This document shows positions 56,712-64,000 of a stretch of DNA of 64,000 nt, piece after piece; the stretch's first letter is position 1; each line of letters begins with the position of its first letter. Below the pieces are notes generated by a model. The model saw only the letters and a program-made list of their open reading frames with translations, searched no databases and was not told the DNA's origin. Source of the stretch: Bacillota bacterium (GTDB taxonomy: Bacteria; Bacillota; Sulfobacillia; JAUYEG01); the NCBI GenBank assembly GCA_030691505.1, contig JAUYEG010000100.1, forward strand, positions 4,538-68,537, read 5' to 3'. The translations under genes were made by a program, and so were the position numbers.

Positions 56712-59211
56712 ACCGCGCTTCGCCGCCGTGCTCGTCGATGCGGGCGGGCCTGCCGCCCGACGTCCTTTTGACTATCTGATCCCGGACCACCTCCTGGGGC
56801 TGGTTCGCCCCGGCAGCCTCGTCGTGGTTCCCTTCGGGCGGCGCTTCCTGCGGGGGCTCGTCACGGCTCTTGTGGAGTCGGCGGCGGTACCCGACCCCAA
56901 GGCGATCCGTGAGTTGTATCCTGTTTCCCACCTTGCCGACCGCCATGCCCCGCAGTTGGCGGCCATGCTATCCAGCCGGTATGCCTGCAGCCCGATCGAG
57001 GCCTACCGGGCCATCCTGCCGGCGGCCGTCGCCGGTCAGACCGCGCGGGTCTGGAGCTTAGGCCCGGCTCCCGCTCCTGAGCCGGGTGCCGTGCGCCCGG
57101 AGTTCGAGGCGGTGTACGGGTTCGTCCGGGAAAGGGGCGACGTCGGCCTTGGTCAGGTCACGCGGGCGCTCGGGCTTGACAAGAGGGCCGCTCTGGAACG
57201 GCTCGGCTGGCTTGCCGCACGGGGCTGGCTGTCGCCGGCGCCGCGGTTCGAGCGAGCGCCGCAATCGGCCGAGTCTCTGCTTTTTGCGGCCAACGAGGTG
57301 GCGGCAACTGCCGAGCTGCCGCGTCTCGGCCGCCGGGCGCCTGTGCAGGCGGCGGTTCTGCGTGCCCTGCTCGCCGCCGGCATCCCGCTGCCGGAGTCCG
57401 ACCTGCCTGTGAGCGCGGGCCGCAGGCGCGCCGTCCTGGTGCAGCTCGAGTCCAGAGGGCTGGTGACTCGGTCGGCAGCCGCGCACAGAGTCCCTGGCGG
57501 CGGCATTGTGTCCGGGATTTTCGCCCCCGGCGACCCTTTGCCGCCTGGCCCGCACCAGGCTGCCGCGCTCGCGGAGATAGTGCCGGCGGTGATCGCCGGG
57601 ATCCACCGGCAGTACCTGCTCTTTGGTGTTACCGGGTCCGGGAAGACCGAGGTGTACCTGCAGGCCATCGCCGCGGCGCTGGCCCGCGGGCGCCAAGCCC
57701 TGGTGCTGGTGCCCGAGATCGCGCTAACGCCGCAGGCGGTGACCAGATTCGAGGCCAGATTTCCCGGACGGGTCGCCCTCATCCACAGCCGCCTTGCCGC
57801 TGGCGAGCGCGCGCAGGCCTGGCGCGACCTGGCCGCCGGCCGTGCGGCAATAGCGCTCGGGCCGCGCTCGGCGGTATTCGCTCCCTTGCCGGCTCTGGGC
57901 CTGATCGTCGTTGATGAGGAACACGACCCCTCATACAAGAACAACGAGGCTCCGCGCTACGACGCGCGTCAGGTTGCCCGGCACCGGGCGCGGCTGGCCG
58001 GGGCGCCGGTCATCTTCGGCACCGCGACACCCTCGGTGGAGGCCTTCCATGCCGCCGATTCCGCACCCGGCGGGGCTGGCGGAGCCGGCGAGGCGGGCGA
58101 TGCCGGCGGCAACGTGCGGCTGCTGGAAATGCCGGAGCGGGTGGACGGCAGGCTGCTCCCGCAGGTAGAGCTCATCGACATGCGCGCTGAACTCGCTGCG
58201 GGCAACCGCTCGATTTTCTCGCGTCGGCTTCAGGCTGCGCTGGCTGACCGGCTGGGGCGGTCCGAGCAGACCATCCTGTTTCTCAACCGGCGCGGACTAG
58301 CGACATTTGTCCTTTGCAGGGAGTGCGGCTACGTCGCCCGATGCCCGCAGTGCGACGTCTCACTTGTTTACCACCGCCAGGATTCCGCGCTGCGCTGCCA
58401 CTACTGCGGGCACCGCGAGCCGGTGCCCGAGGTCTGTCCGGCATGCCGGAGCAGGCGGATTCGCCACTTTGGAGCAGGCACCGAGCGTGTTGAGGCTGAG
58501 GTCCGCGCCACGTTTCCGGACAGCCGGGTGGCCCGGCTGGATCTTGACGTCGCCATGCGCCGGGACGCCGTCCGCGACATCCTGAGCGATTTCGCGCGTG
58601 GGAGCATCGACGTTCTCGTCGGGACGCAGATGATCGGCAAGGGGCTCGATGTACCGGGAGTGACGCTCGTCGGCGTGGTCGCCGCGGATACAGCGCTCGC
58701 CTTTCCCGATTTCCGGGCGGGCGAGCGCACTTTCAGCCTTGTGACGCAGGTCTCCGGCCGCGCGGGGCGCGGCTCCGCCCCGGGCCTGGTAGTCGTGCAG
58801 ACCTATTGCCCCGACCACTACAGCCTGCTCTCTGCGCGTACCCACGACTACCGCGGTTTCTACCGCGCGGAAATCGAGTTTCGGCGGGAGCTCGGCTACC
58901 CGCCGTTTTCCGCTCTGGGGATCGTGCGCCTGGACGGCGCAGTCGAGGCGACGGTGTCGCGCGCGGCCGCCACGGCAGCGGACGAACTGGCCACTCTGGC
59001 GAAATCGGAGGCCCCGGGGCTTGAGTTGCTCGGTCCCGCGCCGGCGCCACTGCCTCGCTTGCAGGGGCGATATCGTTGGAATATAGTCTTGAAGGACAGC
59101 GATCCACTGCGGCTTGCCGCCCTGGCAAGCCGGGTGGTTGACCGGCTGGAGGGCCGGTTGCCCTCTGGTGTCAGGGTCAGTGTGGACATCGAGCCGCAGG
59201 AGATGCTGTGA
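56677..59211 (+). CDS. priA: Primosomal protein N'
   Basis: GVTGSGKTEVY, VDEEHD.SYK, four CxxC pairs, GTQMIGKGLD, QVSGRAGR. Confidence 0.96.
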   Translation: MSPLSPEGIRTEPRFAAVLVDAGGPAARRPFDYLIPDHLLGLVRPGSLVVVPFGRRFLRGLVTALVESAAVPDPKAIRELYPVSHLADRHAPQLAAMLSSRYACSPIEAYRAILPAAVAGQTARVWSLGPAPAPEPGAVRPEFEAVYGFVRERGDVGLGQVTRALGLDKRAALERLGWLAARGWLSPAPRFERAPQSAESLLFAANEVAATAELPRLGRRAPVQAAVLRALLAAGIPLPESDLPVSAGRRRAVLVQLESRGLVTRSAAAHRVPGGGIVSGIFAPGDPLPPGPHQAAALAEIVPAVIAGIHRQYLLFGVTGSGKTEVYLQAIAAALARGRQALVLVPEIALTPQAVTRFEARFPGRVALIHSRLAAGERAQAWRDLAAGRAAIALGPRSAVFAPLPALGLIVVDEEHDPSYKNNEAPRYDARQVARHRARLAGAPVIFGTATPSVEAFHAADSAPGGAGGAGEAGDAGGNVRLLEMPERVDGRLLPQVELIDMRAELAAGNRSIFSRRLQAALADRLGRSEQTILFLNRRGLATFVLCRECGYVARCPQCDVSLVYHRQDSALRCHYCGHREPVPEVCPACRSRRIRHFGAGTERVEAEVRATFPDSRVARLDLDVAMRRDAVRDILSDFARGSIDVLVGTQMIGKGLDVPGVTLVGVVAADTALAFPDFRAGERTFSLVTQVSGRAGRGSAPGLVVVQTYCPDHYSLLSARTHDYRGFYRAEIEFRRELGYPPFSALGIVRLDGAVEATVSRAAATAADELATLAKSEAPGLELLGPAPAPLPRLQGRYRWNIVLKDSDPLRLAALASRVVDRLEGRLPSGVRVSVDIEPQEML

Positions 59212-59249
59212 ATCGGGGAACCGCAAAGCCAGTCCGGGGAGGATTGCCG

Positions 59250-59828
59250 TTGGCCGAGGTTGAGAACGGGCGCGCCAACAGCCGGGACTCCGGTGCGTTG
59301 CACCCGAATGGCGCGGCCGGCTGTCCCGAACCGATCAGGCAGTACGGGGACCCGGTGCTGCGGGCGCGGGCGCGGGCGATACGCAAGATCAACGCCGGGG
59401 TGCGCGAACTGTCCGAGCGCATGACTGACGCCATGTATGCGGCAAACGGCGTGGGCCTCGCGGCCCCCCAGATCGGCGAGGCCCGCCGTATGGTCGTGAT
59501 CGATGTCGGCAGCGGGGTGACGACTCTGATAAACCCGCGGCTGGTTTCGAGTGAGGGGACCGCGGTCGACACCGAAGGCTGTCTTTCCGTCCGGGGGCTT
59601 GTGGGCGAGGTCCGGCGTGCGGAAAGCGTCCGGGTTCGCGCAGTCGGGCTCGACGGCAAGGAGTTCACCCTCGAAGGCGAAGGCCTCCTTGCCAGGGCTT
59701 TGCAGCACGAACTCGATCACCTGGACGGTGTTCTCTTCGTCGACAGGGCCGAGGCGATCCGCGACTCGGACGACGGCGCCGGCGAGCCCGAGGAGCAGGC
59801 GCACCATCCGGCTCAGGGCTCCCAATGA
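59250..59828 (+). CDS. def: Peptide deformylase
   Basis: GVGLAAPQ, EGCLS, QHELDHL. Confidence 0.96.
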   Translation: MAEVENGRANSRDSGALHPNGAAGCPEPIRQYGDPVLRARARAIRKINAGVRELSERMTDAMYAANGVGLAAPQIGEARRMVVIDVGSGVTTLINPRLVSSEGTAVDTEGCLSVRGLVGEVRRAESVRVRAVGLDGKEFTLEGEGLLARALQHELDHLDGVLFVDRAEAIRDSDDGAGEPEEQAHHPAQGSQ

Positions 59829-60835
59829 GCGCCGCGCCGCCCGCCGCCGGGCTGTCAATCGTGTTCGCCGGCACACCTAATTTCGCCGTTCCCTGCCTTG
59901 AGTCCCTGGCTCGCTCCCGACACCGCGTCACCCATGTGGTTACGACGCCTGACCGGCCGGCCGGCCGCGGCCTTCGTGCCGCGCCCAGCCCGGTGCGGCG
60001 CGCAGCGGACGCACTGAGCATCCCCGTCGTGCTCCTGCCCGCCCGTGACCCGGGCGCGCTGGCCGATTTCGTAGAGGGCGCATGCCCTGATATGGTCACC
60101 GTCGTCGCATGGGGAGGGCTCTTGAGCGGCCGTTGCATCCGGGCGCCCCGTTTGGCTGCAGTGAACGTGCACGCCTCGCTGTTGCCCCGATACCGCGGTG
60201 CGGCGCCCATCGAACGGGCGCTCCTGGCCGGCGAAAGCACGACCGGGGTTACCGTGATGTACCTGGCTGAGGAGCTTGACGCGGGGGACATCCTGATCCA
60301 GCGCGAGGTGGCGATCCCGCCCGGCGCGGACTCGGGCCGAATGCGCGCCATGCTCGCGGCGGCGGGCGCGGAGCTCCTTGTCCGGGCGGCCGACCTGCTG
60401 TCTTGCGGCCTGGCAACGCGCACAGCCCAGGACGAGCGTTTTGTCTCCTGGGCGCCGAAACTCCGTCCGGCCGACGAGCGTATGAGTTGGCACGCGGGAG
60501 CCTCCGAGATCGTCAACCGGGTCCGGGCTCTGTCTCCCCGGCCCGGAGCCTTTTTCACCATCGCAGGCGAGCGCGTCCATGTCCTTCAGGCCGGCGTCGC
60601 CCAGGAGGCGGCCGGCGCCCCCGGACGGGATGCCCGCTCTGCCGGGCCGCAGGCCGTCCCTGGTTCGGTGCTCGGCAGGCGTGGCGATTCGCTGCTGGTA
60701 GCGGCAGGCGATGACACGGCCGTGGTGCTGGACGTGGTCCGCCCGGCCGGAGGACGCACGATGTCCGGCGCCGCTTGGGCTAACGGCCGGCGGCTTGCTC
60801 GCGGTTCCGCGATCCAGGAAGGGGGAGCTGACTAG
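59825..60835 (+). CDS. fmt: Methionyl-tRNA formyltransferase
   Basis: FAGTPNFA, PDRPAGRG, NVHASLLPRYRGAAPI, LDAGD. Confidence 0.95.
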   Translation: MSAAPPAAGLSIVFAGTPNFAVPCLESLARSRHRVTHVVTTPDRPAGRGLRAAPSPVRRAADALSIPVVLLPARDPGALADFVEGACPDMVTVVAWGGLLSGRCIRAPRLAAVNVHASLLPRYRGAAPIERALLAGESTTGVTVMYLAEELDAGDILIQREVAIPPGADSGRMRAMLAAAGAELLVRAADLLSCGLATRTAQDERFVSWAPKLRPADERMSWHAGASEIVNRVRALSPRPGAFFTIAGERVHVLQAGVAQEAAGAPGRDARSAGPQAVPGSVLGRRGDSLLVAAGDDTAVVLDVVRPAGGRTMSGAAWANGRRLARGSAIQEGGAD

Positions 60836-61521
60836 TGTTCTTCGGGTATGACAGCGGTAGCTTCCTGCTGCTTATTCCCGCCATGATACTGGCGATGTAT
60901 GCCCAGAACAAGGTGCGCGCCACCTACAGCCGGTACTCCCAGCGGCCGGCATCCGCCGGCATAACCGGGGCTGATGTAGCCCGGGCCCTGCTTTCGCGCG
61001 CGGGCCTGGGAAACGTGCGCGTCGAGCTGGCCCAGGGGACGCTGACCGACCATTACGATCCGCGCCAAAGCGTTCTCCGCCTCTCTCACGACAATTACGC
61101 GCGGTCGTCGATCGCGTCGGTCGCCATCGCCGCGCACGAGGTCGGGCATGCGGTGCAGCATGCCACGGGATACGCGGCGCTCGCGTTCCGCAACGGAATG
61201 GTTCCGGTGGTCAACCTGACCTCGACCCTTGCATGGCCGCTGTTCTTCCTTGGGCTGATCATGGCCCAGCCGGCGCTGCTTGACCTCGGCATCCTCCTCT
61301 TCGTCGGCGCCGTGCTGTTCCAGGTCGTGACGTTGCCGGTGGAGCTCAATGCGAGCAACAGGGCTATCGCCTTGCTGCAGGACGGCGGCTACATCCGGGG
61401 CGGCGAAGTCACAGGGGCCAGGGAAATGCTCAGCGCGGCGGCTCTGACCTACATCGCGGCAATGGCCGTGGCCGTGGCCCAGTTGCTCAGGATGCTGATG
61501 ATCAGAGGCCGGCGGCGCTAG
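60835..61521 (+). CDS. Putative neutral zinc metallopeptidase (YugP-like)
   Basis: LTDHYDP, AAHEVGHAVQH, TLPVELNAS.RA, AAALTY. Confidence 0.92.
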   Translation: MFFGYDSGSFLLLIPAMILAMYAQNKVRATYSRYSQRPASAGITGADVARALLSRAGLGNVRVELAQGTLTDHYDPRQSVLRLSHDNYARSSIASVAIAAHEVGHAVQHATGYAALAFRNGMVPVVNLTSTLAWPLFFLGLIMAQPALLDLGILLFVGAVLFQVVTLPVELNASNRAIALLQDGGYIRGGEVTGAREMLSAAALTYIAAMAVAVAQLLRMLMIRGRRR

Positions 61522-62229
61522 GTGCCCCGCGAGTGGATGCTGCCAGCCCTGACCCTTGCCGGGTTCGGGCTGGTTCTCCTCGCCAGACCGATCTTCGCCC
61601 AAGCGGGGCGGCTGACCGGCATCCCCTGGCAATTTTACCGCATTGCCGTCAACCCGCGCCTGCGCCGAAACCACGCCCTTGAGCATGCAACGCTCAATGT
61701 CCTCACCGAGCGTCACGGCCTGCCACATCTCAACGGGGCCGCGGTCGAGAGCGGGTTTGTGCTGCGCGGCTGGGTCAATCCGACGGAGATCGCCAGCGCC
61801 GCCCGCGAGGGCCTGGCGCGCCTGCAGGCAGGCGAAAGGGCTCTCGCGTACCACCCCCGCTGCGGCACCAGTCTCGCGACCGGCGAGCTCCTCACGTGGG
61901 GGGCGCTGGTGCTTGGAGTGATCTACGCGGGCAGGTTCACGGTCGGCGCGGTCCTGGTCATTATCGGCTTGAGCTGGCTTCTGTCACCTCTTGCCGGCTG
62001 GATTGTCCAGCGCTACCTGACCACCTCGCCCGACGTCAGCGGCCTCTCGATTAGAGGCCTGACTTTCACCCCCCTCGTGCTGCGAGTACGCCCACAGGCG
62101 GCGTCCGGGCCGACCGGCACCGTGCCGGGCCAAGTTGTTGTGATGGTAGAGAGCGGCGGCGGAGGCGAACGATCCGGCTTCCGTGCCGGGCCAGCAGATC
62201 AGGGCCGCTTCCCGGGGTGGCCGCGATGA
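61522..62229 (+). CDS. DUF6391-like membrane protein
   Basis: RRNHALEHAT and LAYHPRCGT motifs, TM segments. Confidence 0.7.
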   Translation: MPREWMLPALTLAGFGLVLLARPIFAQAGRLTGIPWQFYRIAVNPRLRRNHALEHATLNVLTERHGLPHLNGAAVESGFVLRGWVNPTEIASAAREGLARLQAGERALAYHPRCGTSLATGELLTWGALVLGVIYAGRFTVGAVLVIIGLSWLLSPLAGWIVQRYLTTSPDVSGLSIRGLTFTPLVLRVRPQAASGPTGTVPGQVVVMVESGGGGERSGFRAGPADQGRFPGWPR

Positions 62230-63596
62230 CCCCAGGCGGCCCGGCGGCCCCTCCGGCGGACCGGACCGGTGCGGCTGGAGAGGGTCTGGCCGTCCGCGAT
62301 CTTGCGTTGCGGTCACTCCATCGGGTCAACCACCAGGGAGCCTTCTCAAACCTGTTGATCGAGGCGGAGCTCGCGCGCGGCAGGCTGGCCGGTCCCGACC
62401 GGGGGCTCTATGTGCGGCTTGTGCGCGGGACCCTCGAACGTCAGGGAGCTATCGACTGGGCTCTCAGGCTATTCCTACAGCGCAAGCTGGAGAGCCTTGA
62501 CGTCTGGCCGCTGGAGGCGCTTCGCCTCGGCGCCTATCAATTGCTTTACCTTGATCTGCCGCCCTGGGCGGTGGTCGATACCTCTGTCCAGCTGGCACGC
62601 CGTTTGTCCGGACGAGGGGCGTCAGGCCTGGTCAACGCGGTACTCAGGCGCCTCGGCCGATCCCTGGACAAGCTGCCCTGGCCCGATCGGTTCAGCGACC
62701 CGCTCGGCTATCTGTCGGTCCGGGAGAGCCACCCGCGCTGGCTGGTCGCCCGCTGGTTGGAGCGCTTCGGGCCTGAGGAGGCAACGGCGCTTTGCCAGGC
62801 CAACAACACCGTGCCTGGGGTGACCATACGGGTCAATCTGCTGCGCACCACCCGCGAGGCCCTCGCGTCCGCTCTGTCACGCGAGGGAATCCAGGCCACG
62901 CCCGGCCATCTGGCCCCCGAGTCTCTGCACGTGACCGGCGGCGCCGACCTTCATCGCCTGGAGGTCTACCGCCAGGGGGCATTCACCGTACAGGACGAGG
63001 CCTCCATGCTGGTGGCCAGGGCCCTCGATCCGGCGCCGGGTGAAAAGGTTGTCGACGCGTGCGCAGCGCCCGGCGGCAAGACCACCCATCTTGCCGCCCT
63101 GGCCCGCGATCGCGCTCAGGTCCTCGCGGTGGACGTCAACCGAGCCAAGCTCTCGCAGGTCAGAGCCCGTGCCCGCCTGCTCGGCCTTGAGTCCGTCACT
63201 ACCATGGAGGGCGACGCGCGCACCCTTGGCGCGCTGATGCCTGCCGGGGCCGACGCGCTACTCCTGGATGCGCCCTGCTCGGGAATGGGAGTGCTGCGGC
63301 GGAGGCCCGAGGTGAGGTGGCGCCGGCAGCCCGGCGATCTCCACAGTGCGGCGCGAAGGCAGCTCGAGTTGCTGGACGGCGTCGCGCCCGCTGTCAAGCA
63401 CGGTGGGCGTCTGGTATACGCGGTCTGCAGCTTCGAGCCAGAGGAAACCGTCGACGTGCTGTTTGAGTTCCTGGCCTCGCCGGTCGGCCGGTGCTTTAGC
63501 TTGGCGGCCCCATCCGTGACCCTGTTGCCGCACGTGCATGGCACGGACGGCTTCTTTTACGCCGCGCTTTGCCGGGAAGCGGCGGCAGCGCGCTGA
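62226..63596 (+). CDS. rsmB: 16S rRNA m5C967 methyltransferase
   Basis: NusB-like N-terminus, VQDEAS, DACAAPGGKT, LDAPCSG.G, DGFF. Confidence 0.95.
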   Translation: MTPGGPAAPPADRTGAAGEGLAVRDLALRSLHRVNHQGAFSNLLIEAELARGRLAGPDRGLYVRLVRGTLERQGAIDWALRLFLQRKLESLDVWPLEALRLGAYQLLYLDLPPWAVVDTSVQLARRLSGRGASGLVNAVLRRLGRSLDKLPWPDRFSDPLGYLSVRESHPRWLVARWLERFGPEEATALCQANNTVPGVTIRVNLLRTTREALASALSREGIQATPGHLAPESLHVTGGADLHRLEVYRQGAFTVQDEASMLVARALDPAPGEKVVDACAAPGGKTTHLAALARDRAQVLAVDVNRAKLSQVRARARLLGLESVTTMEGDARTLGALMPAGADALLLDAPCSGMGVLRRRPEVRWRRQPGDLHSAARRQLELLDGVAPAVKHGGRLVYAVCSFEPEETVDVLFEFLASPVGRCFSLAAPSVTLLPHVHGTDGFFYAALCREAAAAR

Positions 63597-63681
63597 AGCA
63601 GGAAACGGCCCAGCTGTACTGAACTTCCCACTACACGTTTATAAGACCTGGCAACGGGCTGCAAAGGGGTGGCGGCGACTG

Positions 63682-64000
63682 TTGAGCATCACGGCAGCGG
63701 GGCGGACCGATGCGGGTATGGTCCGGTCGACCAACGAGGATGCCTATTGCTGCCTTCAGCCGCTGGCGCCGTTCAGAGATGCCGGGCTGTACGTGGTGGC
63801 CGATGGAATGGGCGGCGCGAACGCGGGCGAGATCGCCAGCAGGCTGGCTGTCCGCGTGGTGGTGCGCGAGGTGCGAAGCTGGCTGGCAGCCCGCGCCGGA
63901 ATGGACGACGGCGATCCGGCGCTCGTCGACGATGCGCCCGAGGCTCTGGCGGGTGCCGTACTGGTTGCCAACCGCGAGGTTTTTGAGGCCAGCCGTCTCG
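63682..64000 (+). CDS. prpC: PP2C Ser/Thr phosphatase (Stp1/PrpC), 5' part; runs off window edge
   Basis: Manual translation from TTG 63682: MSITAAGRTDAGMVRSTNEDAY...LYVVADGMGGANAGEIAS. Confidence 0.9.
   Translation, partial: MSITAAGRTDAGMVRSTNEDAYCCLQPLAPFRDAGLYVVADGMGGANAGEIASRLAVRVVVREVRSWLAARAGMDDGDPALVDDAPEALAGAVLVANREVFEASRL

Noticed and set aside
63669-63986. 105-aa ORF listed in the track
   Set aside because: The real gene is the PP2C phosphatase in another frame starting at 63682 and running off the window

Overview
A very GC-rich chromosomal segment from an endospore-forming Bacillota lineage, made up almost entirely of core genes. In order: the start of an Mrp/Mbh-type antiporter operon, mobA, tatA-tatC plus an M48/TPR protease, and the dcw cluster (mraZ to ftsZ; murD, murB and ftsA are absent). 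Next come spoIIGA-sigE-sigG-spoIIR-ylmC, nrdR with a class II ribonucleotide reductase, yggS-sepF-divIVA, lspA-rluD, a PyrR-attenuated pyr operon, rqcH, dapF-dapL, and yicC-mIHF-gmk-rpoZ-coaBC-priA-def-fmt-rsmB-prpC (partial). The most interesting signals are non-coding. (1) An unexplained array of six ~21-bp quasi-palindromic repeats at ~32-bp period (41276-41450) lies inside a 5.6-kb accessory insert between rluD and pyrR. (2) A ~140-nt structured RNA candidate with 6S-like features follows spoIIR (23754-23893). (3) A 202-nt internally deleted group IIC intron sits exactly behind a terminator (35236-35437). An actinobacterial-type IHF gene occupies the position where Bacillota usually carry remA. 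All calls come from reading motifs by eye; no searches or folding programs were run.
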